DNA of 63,635 nt, counting the filler, from Craspedostauros australis (Eukaryota), in assembly GCA_030167865.1 (NCBI GenBank). It is 5 parts of 5 records of this genome, joined end to end, with 100 filler letters (N's around TTAATTAATTAA, not from the genome) between each part and the next. Parts side by side here need not be neighbours in the genome. Positions count along the whole stretch, not along the records: positions 25,182 to 29,292 come from JALAGF010005630.1; positions 29,393 to 55,318 come from JALAGF010005631.1; 3 more parts are not named here. One strand, written 5' to 3'. The notes below the pieces were generated by a model. The model saw only the letters and a list, made by a program, of their open reading frames with translations, did no database searches and was not told where the DNA came from. A program made the translations under genes and the position numbers. Below, piece by piece: positions 25,126-36,715 of this stretch. Positions within the stretch are counted from its first letter, which is position 1. The number at the start of each line of letters is the position of its first letter.

Positions 25126-25137
25126 TTAATTAATTAA
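25126..25137. other. Artificial scaffold linker TTAATTAATTAA inside an N gap (also 29337-29348, 55363-55374, 58474-58485)
   Basis: Identical stop-codon-rich 12-mer centred in a 100-nt gap (44 N each side) four times; an assembly convention. Confidence 0.95.
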
Positions 25138-26316
25138 NNNNNNNNNNNNNNNNNNNNNNNNNNNNNNNNNNNNNNNNNNNNACACACTGATGTGTTCAGA
25201 ATGGGTGGGGCGCTCATACCTCCAAAGGTGCACCTCCATGTGATGATGCCATCATGATGTTTTTCTGACACCCAAAAAAATCCCTTTTGTGTGCATCCCA
25301 GGCTGAAGCCTCTTCCAGACCTTTGTTTTTTCCGGCGCTTCATGAACCGATCCCTGAGTTNNNNNNNNNNNNNNNNNNNNNNNNNNNNNNNNNNNNNNNN
25401 NNNNNNNNNNNNNNNNNNNNNNNNNNNNNNNNNNNNNNNNNTGTGTCCGCCGCCACCCACCAAAAAACTCTTGCCCTCCACTTGTTTCTTGCGGAGGGCA
25501 CCTTCCAGGCCACCCCCGACCCTCAAACTTCGTGTGCATCTTCATCTTATCCTCGTGGATGCGTGTTGCCCATCAATGGTTGTTGGAATGGCCTGTGCAT
25601 TCCAGGCAGAGACCATATCCAACGAGCAGATTTTTCTCCGAATCGTGTCGTTTGCGCGTGGGCCTGCCACGGTCCCAAATCGACCACTATGGCATCCCCC
25701 TCTCGCTCGTCTACCAAGATTCACATGGTGGTTCCGCCTATGTGCTCAGATCTTGCACTGGACCGCTGGTTGTGGCAGTGCCGTCGATGCCGTTCGACGG
25801 TGCTTGGAGAGTTTTGTTGTGTTTCTCCATTGTCGTGTTGTTGTGTTGTGTTTGGTGTTCTCAACCAGTTTTTGCTGTTGGGGGCCATGGAGATTAACCA
25901 CAATTCTACCGAATGTGCCAACCAATGGGAACACTTTGCGAGTCCCGAATTGCACCTCCATTCCACAACACCAAAACTGTCCTCACAAAGTGGGCAACGG
26001 AAACACTGCACATCTGGGACGAGCTGCTGTTGATTCTCTGCTGCTTGTGGTTATAGCTTGTACAACAATGTAGAATGACTGTGACTCTCCACATGAGAGA
26101 GCGGACGACACAATGCACCTTGTGACCATCCAATGTTGCCCATGCCCCCTGTGATGCGCCGCGCCGTGCTGTGCTTCGATGGCTGGTGATGCGATGCGCT
26201 GTCTCGCTGTCCTCGTGTGCCTGGTGCGTGTCGCGACGCCCCTTTGAAGTACACTGAAGCCTCCATCAACACAATACACATCATCCTCCATTCACTGCAG
26301 TCTGCACCTTGCAAGC

Positions 26317-29276
26317 ATGTTGCGCGCTGGTGATTGTGTGAAGGTGGCACCTCACACGGACTCGAATGACAAGATCCGTGACCTGGGCGTATGTCATGTT
26401 GAGTTTGCAATGAAGCAGACCACAGATGGCGCTACAATCAAACGTGATGGGCCTCTTGCACCAGGAGAGGTGGCAATGGTCATGGTGACCCCAGTGATGG
26501 GGCAGAGCNNNNNNNNNNNNNNNNNNNNNNNNNNNNNNNNNNNNNNNNNNNNNNNNNNNNNNNNNNNNNNNNNNNNNNNNNNNNNNNNNNNNNNNNNNNN
26601 NNNNNNNNNNNNNNNNNNNNNNNNNNNNNNNNNNNNNNNNNNNNNNNNNNNNNNNNNNNNNNNNNNNNNNNNNNNNNNNNNNNNNNNNNNNNNNNNNNNN
26701 NNNNNNNNNNNNNNNNNNNNNNNNNNNNNNNNNNNNNNNNNNNNNNNNNNNNNNNNNNNNNNNNNNNNNNNNNNNNNNNNNNNNNNNNNNNNNNNNNNNN
26801 NNNNNNNNNNNNNNNNNNNNNNNNNNNNNNNNNNNNNNNNNNNNNNNNNNNNNNNNNNNNNNNNNNNNNNNNNNNNNNNNNNNNNNNNNNNNNNNNNNNN
26901 NNNNNNNNNNNNNNNNNNNNNNNNNNNNNNNNNNNNNNNNNNNNNNNNNNNNNNNNNNNNNNNNNNNNNNNNNNNNNNNNNNNNNNNNNNNNNNNNNNNN
27001 NNNNNNNNNNNNNNNNNNNNNNNNNNNNNNNNNNNNNNNNNNNNNNNNNNNNNNNNNNNNNNNNNNNNNNNNNNNNNNNNNNNNNNNNNNNNNNNNNNNN
27101 NNNNNNNNNNNNNNNNNNNNNNNNNNNNNNNNNNNNNNNNNNNNNNNNNNNNNNNNNNNNNNNNNNNNNNNNNNNNNNNNNNNNNNNNNNNNNNNNNNNN
27201 NNNNNNNNNNNNNTTGCGAAAGGATGGAGGGCGTACCAACACTAAGCCCACCAATACAAAGAAACAACTTCGCACAGATGAACATCAAAACTACATCATT
27301 CTCTGTTTCAATTTGGGTGGGATCCCAGCCAACATGAAATTGATCGCCCACGCATGGGATATTGGCACTAGCACTGTCGATCGCAACATCAAGAAATTCC
27401 AACAGAACAACCTGGAACGGAAGAAGCACAGCAATGCGGGCAGCACCATCTTCACCTGCCCCAAGAAGCAACAGCAATACTTCACGCCGCGTGCCATCTT
27501 TGCGAAACAACTGCNGCTNAAGCATCCAAGACAACGGTTGANGACTGAGGACATCTNTTATGCCTTTGACCATGCTTCGCCTGAAGAGCTGGCATCCGCA
27601 AAATCCCTGTCTGATTCGTGGTTGGAGCGTGGTCCCTTCCTGCAAGTTGAGCTCCAGGATGTGTTGCGATGATGCAATGGCGCAATCTCGTGGGACGATG
27701 TTGCACGCGAACTAGCAGGAAACGGCAATGTCCAATGCGTCTGCAAAGACACCATTCGAACATACGTGATGGGATTGGAGGGCAGCGAATACCGTTCTAC
27801 AACAATACTCCCCAAGATCAAGGGCAACACGAAGGCAAAGCGCGAGATCTGGGCCAAGGACTTCTGTGTGTTCTGGGAAGCAGCTGAGCAGTTCGAGAAT
27901 ACACAAGTTGTTGTTGTCCACATGGATGAGAAGTGGTTCTACTCTATTGTCGCTCGGAAGAATCTCAAACATGTGCCCCAAATGGGGGTTAAGCCTGTGA
28001 ATCATGCTGTGCACCACAAGTGCCACATCGAAAAGACCATGGCGATTGCATCAACAGTGTTCGCTCCAACACACAACCACTTTGATCGAGGAGGAAAGGC
28101 GTATAAGGTCAGCTTCGAACGTGTTGGGCGCATGGTTCGAGCGCAAAAGACTACATACAAGCGAACTTGGGTCTCGCCAACCAAGTACAAGCACCTTCCT
28201 GATAAGAACAAAATCTCTCGCAAGAAGGGCGAACTGTACTTTCAACCACTGGAAATCACGGGCAGCAAGGAAACAGATGGCCATCGTGTTAAGCCCAAGC
28301 CGAAGTACAGCCTCAAGACATTCTTCCGCGAAAAAGAACTCCCAGCACTGGATTCGCTCGCCAGCAAAATCAAGGCCGAAACGGGAAAAATGTGGTGATT
28401 CGGTACCAGATGGATGGCGCAGGGCCACACAGAGACACGGAACTGCTCAGGTTCATCAACGAGGAGTTCGACAGTNNNNNNNNNNNNNNNNNNNNNNNNN
28501 NNNNNNNNNNNNNNNNNNNNNNNNNNNNNNNNNNNNNNNNNNNNNNNNNNNNNNNNNNNNNNNNNNNNNNNNNNNNNNNNNNNNNNNNNNNNNNNNNNNN
28601 NNNNNNNNNNNNNNNNNNNNNNNNNNNNNNNNNAACCTGTTGGGAGCAATTTGGGCTGGACAAGGTAGCTCGCGCGTATGTTCGCCACCATCAGATCGCC
28701 TACGCAATTTGTGCTGCAGAAGGAGGTGACGAATTTGTGACGGAGCGCAAGGGACTGAGCATGAACGTGTGGAAGCAAACGTTCACCGAAACTGACAAGA
28801 ACGGCAATGAGATCGGTGTGACTGTGTCTCACACGGACTTCACGTTGGAGGAGGANNNNNNNNNNNNNNNNNNNNNNNNNNNNNNNNNNNNNNNNNNNNN
28901 NAAGAAAGACGAATCAGCTGGCTTCAAATACGCCAAGCCCGACATCAAAGGTATGTACGATGATGCGCTCAAGGTGATGGCTGTCAGTGGTCTGCAATGC
29001 CTTAAAACGAACCTGCGAACAACCAGCAGCCTCATTCCGTTGCTGGACAAGCAAATCGTCGCGACCACCAGAGCCAATGAGGAGGCTGAGCAACAGAAGA
29101 AAGGCAAGAAGAAGAAGACGCCCAGCAAGAGCAAAGCCGAGATCAGTGGGCCTCACAACAACAACAGCAAGACCGAGGCAGCACCCACCATGAGCACATT
29201 TGACGTGGCCATGTTCGTTGGCAAGACCGAGCATCACAGCAAAGCAGAGCAGGATGCCAACACAGCAGAGATGTAA
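26317..29276 (+). pseudogene. Tc1/mariner-superfamily transposase, resembling plant/oomycete DD39D-type mariners
   Basis: VHMDEKWFY (first catalytic D; cf. HIDEKWF) and YQMDGAGPH (second D; cf. QQDNARPH). The third acidic residue falls in an N gap. In-frame TGA at 27670-27672 and a 1-nt shift in an A run at ~28390. The 5' part upstream of the large gap is uncertain. Confidence 0.85.
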
Positions 29277-29652
29277 CTGCAAATCGTATTAGNNNNNNNN
29301 NNNNNNNNNNNNNNNNNNNNNNNNNNNNNNNNNNNNTTAATTAATTAANNNNNNNNNNNNNNNNNNNNNNNNNNNNNNNNNNNNNNNNNNNNTGGCTTGT
29401 CGGGCAACAGTTGCTCCGCGGTAGGGAGCAAGTTTCCCTTGGAGTCAACAGGAGGAGCAGACACAGGGTAAGCAGAACGCGGTTTCTTACAGGGGGAGGG
29501 GTTGGCATCCTTGGCCTTGGCGGTGGTGGAGAGAGGCATGTTGTAGTTGTTGGTGTAGGGTATAGTTGATACTTGGTTTGATGTCATGAACTGCACTGGT
29601 ATGAGACGAAGTGACGACGGAGAGCATACAATGCAAGGTCGACCATTTGTTG

Positions 29653-29698
<46 letters not shown>

Positions 29699-29725
29699 CT
29701 ACTACTACTACTACTACTACTACTA
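29653..29725 (+). repeat. Compound microsatellite (AAC)n(TAC)n
   Basis: Seen directly. Confidence 0.95.
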
Positions 29726-30899
29726 CACTACTAGGGCGAGCACAAGCATGGAACACAACAGCGAGTGCGCATGGCATTGGCGAGGAAACTTGTGAAATGG
29801 AGCGAAAGAGTGGCGATGAGTTGCGAAGTTGTGAGCGGATGGCGATGATGTTGGATGTGTGATGTGTTTTGTGTGATGTGTTTTGTGTCATGTGTGTTGT
29901 GACGAGCAAAATGTGAGATCATGTCGCAGATGCTAACGTGTATTTAACGCGTACCAAACGAACGACAATCCCGGCGTCTATTCCGTGACTGGATGACATA
30001 GGGTAAATGCACGAGAACATAATCGAACTTTCTGAAAAACAACAAGGAGTTTGACGGGGTCGACCCATACGACTTTATCATATTTTTGACTATCCATAAA
30101 ACTTAAAATAGGATCTAACTAAAAAATCCATCGGTTAATTATTTATATGGAGACTACGAGGATTATGGATATGTGCTTGGTTTGGATATCGAAGACAAAT
30201 TTTATAGATGCCAATAACGGAGTGCAGGTCGACTCACTCGGGGGGCTCCTAGAGAAACCGTTCGCAGAATAGAAATGCGTTCGCTGCGTCTGAAGATACG
30301 GCTCTAGCCGCACTCGGTGCGTCCCTTTTCTCCGAATCGAACTATCCCACTTGACACTTTGGCAGAACATGAAGTAACCGAACAAGATACCAATGATGTG
30401 GTGTATCTAAATTGGCATTGATGGTACTGAATGTTCACTCGTATTAACGAGCGTGCCTGGTATTGGGAGAGAACACGAAACACCGAAATGACATTTTCAC
30501 GACCGGAAAATGTGTCACTGTGATACGTGTGGCCACAATTTCTGAAACGCCGACACCATCATCACAACAAAGAGCTCGGCCACGGCTTTTTCTCTTCCTG
30601 CTTCCGACGCAGCACACCAATGACCGTCGTTCCGTCCACGCAGAGCAAGCGTGGAAGTTGGGATGGATGTATTGTCGGCATCATGGGTTGGCCCACTCCA
30701 CGAGTATGCCCGCGTGATGCGGAATCTCAGAGAGTTCCGTTGCATCTCGTTTGCCCCACCACGAGCTGCATTGGCAATCGAATGCGCTGAGATGGAATGG
30801 AGCAGTGCATGCAGCAGTGCATGCAGCAGTGATTGATGGGAATTGCACTCTCGAGCGACATAATACAAACAACGACACCTGATCATCACCATCATCATC

Positions 30900-33756
30900 A
30901 TGAAGATCACCGCCGCTTCGTTGGCAGCGGTTGCCGTCATCACGGGAGGCCTTTCGAGGAGTGGATGCCATGTTGCAGGCGCAAGTGCTGGCGACAGCAC
31001 ATCTGACACGGAAAGACTTCAGCTTCCGTTGCGTTACTACCACGACATGTACAGCAGCAGCAGTGTCCACAACGGCCACGATGACGGACCTTCGGCCGTA
31101 TCAAACGGCAGCAAACGCGGCGCTGCTGCCCACACCAAGGGCAACATCCGCCGGAACATGCATGCCATCCACACGAGCAGCAGCAACGATGATATTGGTA
31201 CTGAGTCGGCTCATGAAGCTTCCAGCACCCAAAATCAGATCGCATCTGAATACATCATCGTTCACTGTGTCTATGGCAAGGAGGCACAGTGCCTTGCAGA
31301 GATCAAGCAGCTCTGCGCGCAGAAGGGCGAGGATTCCATGCGAATCACTAGCGAGCTCGATTCCACGAGCTTCATCGCCCTGAAGATGGACCCATCGTTG
31401 CAGCACACGATCACAGATCTTTCGTCGGTCTTCGATATCGAGGAAGATCACGTGCGAGAGCTTGTTCCGGAAGATGTGCATGGTGGTAGTACCACAACCG
31501 CTGAGATCACCAATTCTCAGATATCTCAATTCATCCCGTACCACCTTCACACCGTCGACGTGCCAAGGCTGTGGCAGAAGTACGATGCAAGAGGAGAAGG
31601 CGTGGTCGTTTGCGTTGTCGATACCGGTACAGCATCGCACGAAGACTTCGTCACTTCAAACCTCGCGGGTGGGTTTTCATTCGTAGAAGGCGCTTCGTGG
31701 GTAAGTTGGATACCATCGTATTGTGGTGCTGCAGCTGCAGCTCCAATCTTGTCGTCGATGATGATGGCCATCGTCTGTTTCCGCTCATGTTGTGGAGCGG
31801 TGTTATCGTTGCTGACATTCCTTGCGACGACATCGAAGCATGTGATACAACTGCCGATTCGCAATCCAGACATCATTCTCGTCAACGCTATCCAACGCCA
31901 CACACTCATTTTCGACGAATCAATCTTTCGGATCCTGACAACTAAACTCTGCCGCACGTCTCTTTCACACAAATGCATCTATGCCGAACACACATCGGGG
32001 TGGCCGATTTCAGAATGAAGATATCCATGGTCATGGAACAAGCGTGGCCGGGATTGCTCTCGCGGCAGACAATGACATCGATGTTGTCGGCGTGGCTCCA
32101 GCAGCGACGCTGTTCACCGTTCGGGCTTTTGCTGGCGGTACCGATTTCCGTGCTAGCAACAACATTGACGCTGCTCGGAAATGCACTCAAGGGAATGCGA
32201 AGGTCATAAACATGAGCTTTGGAGGCTCAGGAAACACAGCGGCGGAATCCATTCAATTCCAAGAGCTCTACGACCAAGACATCGTGCTCGTGGCAGCGAG
32301 CGGGAACACCGGCAAGCTCGATTACCGGTTCCCCGCATCCTACACATCAGTGATCAGTGTCGGCAACACCAATCAAATTGACAACATCTATCCCACCTCA
32401 ACCAGGAACGAGTTCGTAGACATCAGTGCGCCCGGAACTGACATCCAGAGCCTTAGCAAAGATGGACAAAGCATCTTCTCAAGCACAGGGACATCCAACG
32501 CTTCGCCTGTGGTAGCAGGTGTCGCGGCGCTCCTTCTCAGCATCGATCCTGAGCTGACAGCAGCTCAAGTTCGCCGTGCGATGGCCTTGACAGCGAGGGA
32601 TCAAGGGCATCAGGGCAAGGATGAGGCATTCGGATATGGCATCGTCGATGCTCTGGCTGCTGCTGATTTCGTCACTGGCACCCACAACAATGGGTTGGGA
32701 GGGAATTGTCGCGACGATGAATCGCTCCTTACCGTCCAGCTGACCACTGATGCGCTATCCAACTTCAACACGTGGCAGCTTTGGCACGGCAGCGTGTTGG
32801 TGTTGGAGAACATGGGATTCAAGCTCAATTCGGTCCTCATGTTTGAGGAATGCGTTCCCAAAGCAGCATGCTACAGATTCGCCGTCACTGATTCGAACCG
32901 AGATGGACTGTGTTGTGAAAATGGCGAAGGAGGTGTGGAAGTCGCGCTGGATGGAAGAGACGTCTTTATCAGTAAGTTTGAGACTGGGTTCCAAGTCGAA
33001 TCCGCTTTGTTTGGGCAAACCTGCACAGCAACAACAACACCAACTGGCGCACCAACTGGCGCACCAACTGGCGCGTCATTGACAGCTGTACCGACGGTGA
33101 GCGATACAATCGAAGACACAGTTGAAGACACGGTTGAAGACACGGTTGAAGACACGGTTGAAGACACGGTCGAGGACACGGTCGAGGACACGGTCGAGGA
33201 CACGGTCGAGGACACGGTCGAGGACACGGTTGAAGACACGGTTGAAGACACGGTGGCGGATACAGTTGAGGATACATCTGCTCCTACATCAGCGGATGAA
33301 GAAGAAATGATTGCAACGAGTGAACCGACATCTCGCCCAACCTTCGGAGATGAAGAAGAGATGATTGCAACCAGTGAACCAACAGCAACACCGACAAAAA
33401 TCTCCACACAAAGTCCAACAGGCAGCTCCGGTTCAGGTCCCGTCGGCCCACTCGTCAAAGTCCAGCTGCGTCTCCTGACCGACGCGAAGGCGCGGTCCGA
33501 CAAGACAAGATTCTTCCTCACCAACATGGCCGGTGAGAACATTTGGCATCAAGCACGCGTGGATTCGGATAGATTCTATCGACAGACATCCATCCTTGCA
33601 CGTGACGACTGCTACACCTTCCTGTTGGAAGATGACGGCAATGACGGAGTGGAATTCCTGCAACTGCTTCACGACGGCCAGATCGTTGTGGATGAGGAGT
33701 ATGGAGAATTCGGCGCAGAGATGAAACGTACCTTCGGGTCGTTGTGTGAAGCATGA
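30900..33756 (+). CDS. Secreted subtilisin-like S8 serine protease, paralogue 1 (exons 30900-31700, 32014-33756)
   Basis: Signal peptide, I9-like prodomain, triad VVDTG / HGHGTSVAG / GTSNASP, oxyanion AASGN. Phase-0 intron GTAAGT(31701)...TTTCAG(32013). C-terminal Cys domain, PT and (TVED)n linker, then a second related domain. Confidence 0.93.
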
Positions 33757-34034
33757 GGCGTGGTGATTCGAAAATTCGATACGACTGTCAAGTCGATAAT
33801 ACACTCCTATTTCCAGTTACTTGTCGATTATATTGCCTGTGCCGCAATGTAAGTCATTGCTGTAGGCGAACACCATGGGAAAGATATTGCGGTTGACCTC
33901 CTGCCTGTATTAGTCTACGTACGCACGAGCATACTGCATCGACTCCAAAAGGCCTCGATCGATAGATACGACTATTGATTTTCTCCTTCGCCTTTTCGTA
34001 CTTTGCGCTGTGACAAAGCCGGAGCTTGGGCCCG

Positions 34035-35954
34035 TTAGTCATTTGGTGATGCCACCATCGCGAATGGGCATGCGGATGGTGGCGAACCTGCAGTGTGACT
34101 GCTCTCATGCGGATCCTGCTGTCGATCGATGTTATGTTCGCACTTGCTGTTGGCATTGGCATTATCATTCGAATTGCCCCGGTTCATGGAAAACTTGGGC
34201 CGCGTACCATCTCGCAATGCTTTGGCCATCTTGGTGGTATGATGCTGCGTCCACTTTTTGTGAAATCGCAGCATGATGTGTCTGTGGTTGGGAATGATGA
34301 CGTAGTCACGCACCAAGGGCGAGAGCAGGGCGACCAGTGTGTACACGCGCAAGACCGCCATGACGAGGATCGACTGGCAATTGATCCACCGATGCTTCCA
34401 CGCATCGGGATGGCGCTTGGGCAATTGCATGGAATCTGCAAAGGTGTCGCCCAAGAATCGGCGAAAGATGAGAACGCGCAGGTAGAAGGTATCGTCGTCG
34501 TAATCGTCGTGTCGGCGGCTTTCCTTCTTCGCTGCTGCGTACGTTTTGCGTTTGCGTTCCATAGCAGGTCCCGATGGCGTGCGCAAGAGATGGTGCGCAA
34601 CGCGGATCGATGATGCGTCGGGATGTAGCAGGTGCACCGTCATGGACTCCAACAAGGCCATCGAGTGTGCAAGCGTATCGGGCGGATAATGCTTCGGTGA
34701 ACATTCATGGAAGGGACCTGGTCCGCATGGATCCAACGGTGGCATTGATCTGAGTATCGTTGATCTGTTTTTTGCGGCCGAACTGTCGTTGTCGTCGTCG
34801 GTAGTGTTGTTGTTGTTGCTGCTGCTGCTGCTGCTGTTGTTGGCACGAAGGTAGGACTTGTGATGGATTGGCATCGACGGTTGGTCGCTCGTCGGAACGC
34901 CCATCATCCAACCAATGTACCGCCAAATCGCGGTGTAATCCTCCTTCTGCTGCTGCGGAACCCGCATCCCGCAGATACCCTCGATACCGCACAGAGTTTG
35001 CGTGGAGAACGCCAGCAAGGTGGCCGACGTGTCTTCCATGTTGATGGGTATCCCGAGCTTCTCGGTGTCCCACTGTTTCATGCCTTGCTTCTTCAGGATG
35101 CCGTGCCGGACCTTGGCATGCAGTATACGAACGTACAGCGCCGTCCTCCATCCGATGCCTCCTCTGGATTCGGAGTAGTGCTCGCGTTCCTCCTGTGTTG
35201 CTTCTGACAGTGGTGACGATGATGATGACGACGACGATGATGCCGATGTCGATGCTGCTGGGGCTGTTGAAATGGAGTTGTCTGCGGCGCCATTGAGCCT
35301 GGGCGGTACGATGGACGGCAACCCCATCCCAGCGCACGTCGCGGACATCTCATGCGTATCCAGCAACCGCTGCAGACTCTCCGATGGCTTGGCCGGTGGT
35401 GCCAGGTATGCGGTCGATAGAATGACAGCCGCGATGGGCGGAATTGAAAATCCGGCAATCAGCGATCCGTAGTACAGGGAGAATCCAATGGCAGCCGAGT
35501 AGGACTGATAGACCTCCTGACCGCGCCGCAGCTGTTCCCAATCAACCCAGCTCGGGACCGTGGCGTACGTTTGCAGGAAGGCGACCATCAAGTGCTGCGA
35601 TTGCGTGCGCTGTGATGCAGGCACATCTCTCGCGTCAAATGCCATCTGCAGCAGATCGTCGGCACGTCCCAATGGCGTGCCCTCCTCATCCATAGCGTGC
35701 AGGATGGCATCCACCTCGGGATCGCCAATCTGCCGGTAGGGCTGCAGCTGACCCGCCTCGAGATGCCGTCCGCCATGCTTCCTCTGCGAGCACCACAAAA
35801 TGTCCAATCCCTGCATCCGCACGATCTCAGCACCTTGCGGCCATTCTTCACGTGGTGGGATTTGCAGATGCTGCCGCACTGTCGGTGCGTGCAAGTTGAG
35901 CAATTGGCTCATCTTCAATTCCTGGATGCTTGAGAGTGTGTAAGTGGTGTGCAT
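34035..35954 (-). CDS. MpaB/Lcp (rubber oxygenase-like, DUF2236) family heme oxygenase-like protein
   Basis: PSWVDWEQLRRGQ, RLLDT (RxxxT), VRILHAKVR, GIPINMED, WRYIGWMMGV. Start may be ATG 35912. Confidence 0.85.
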   Translation of the reverse strand: MHTTYTLSSIQELKMSQLLNLHAPTVRQHLQIPPREEWPQGAEIVRMQGLDILWCSQRKHGGRHLEAGQLQPYRQIGDPEVDAILHAMDEEGTPLGRADDLLQMAFDARDVPASQRTQSQHLMVAFLQTYATVPSWVDWEQLRRGQEVYQSYSAAIGFSLYYGSLIAGFSIPPIAAVILSTAYLAPPAKPSESLQRLLDTHEMSATCAGMGLPSIVPPRLNGAADNSISTAPAASTSASSSSSSSSSPLSEATQEEREHYSESRGGIGWRTALYVRILHAKVRHGILKKQGMKQWDTEKLGIPINMEDTSATLLAFSTQTLCGIEGICGMRVPQQQKEDYTAIWRYIGWMMGVPTSDQPSMPIHHKSYLRANNSSSSSSNNNNTTDDDNDSSAAKNRSTILRSMPPLDPCGPGPFHECSPKHYPPDTLAHSMALLESMTVHLLHPDASSIRVAHHLLRTPSGPAMERKRKTYAAAKKESRRHDDYDDDTFYLRVLIFRRFLGDTFADSMQLPKRHPDAWKHRWINCQSILVMAVLRVYTLVALLSPLVRDYVIIPNHRHIMLRFHKKWTQHHTTKMAKALRDGTRPKFSMNRGNSNDNANANSKCEHNIDRQQDPHESSHTAGSPPSACPFAMVASPND

Positions 35955-36715
35955 TTATGAACGCAACAGATGAACGGTGATGACAACCGTTGCAACAATG
36001 ATGCCAGACCACTCATCATCATCTCTCTGTGCGCCAATTGTTCTGCGCCGCTTAGTGTGGGTTCGCATGCGTCGAAGTTGGTTGTCAGTTGCTTTCTTTG
36101 ATGTTTCGTGCGTCTGAGTCAGTGGCGACAACTTCAACAATTCGTTCTGCCGCAACTCTCACCAATACGAACACTCAGATTCGAATCGTGGATAGACACG
36201 GCGCCAAAAACGCAAATGAAATGGAGCAAAGTGCTTCATGTGCCATCGTCGACGTTGTCGCGATTGGCTGCGCGAGTGTGAAGTGTCTCATGGAGCGGAG
36301 CGGAATAAACTAGAGTAGACTGGACTGGAGTAGACTGGATTGGAGTAGACTGGATTGGAGTAGAAGTAGTATTCTATTTGCGAATCTATTGTGCTCATGT
36401 GGTGTGAGTTAATGTTGCAGTGCGGAGCGTGCACACTCCGTGTCCGCGTATGTTCTCGTGCGTATGATGTTTTTGTCGAGTGAGTTGCGCCGTAATGAGC
36501 TGAGAGCGGTTCTATGGGACATGTACGAGTACACGTATGTACTGCACTCGTGCGTCAGTGCTGCATAGAGTATTCGTAGTGCTCTGTCATTGAGAAATCA
36601 ACAAGGGTTGCGCGAGGGATACGCTCCTCCGCGCATTCTTGTGGCTTCAGATAGAGTGGGGCAGCAGATGCCGTGTCGTTCAAAACCCGAGAGGCATCAA
36701 TTTCCGTCGTCACGT

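Noticed and set aside
25126..25137. Repeated TTAATTAATTAA as a biological motif or piggyBac TTAA site
   Set aside because: Always centred in a 100-nt N gap; an artificial scaffold linker.
28385..28398. Programmed frameshift in the mariner transposase
   Set aside because: A single missing A in a homopolymer of an already stop-containing copy; mutation or sequencing error is sufficient.
33103..33273. Short periodic repeats (TVED, PTSA, 16-bp and 67-bp units) as CRISPR-like arrays
   Set aside because: No unique spacers between repeats, no cas genes, eukaryotic context; most are coding low-complexity tracts.
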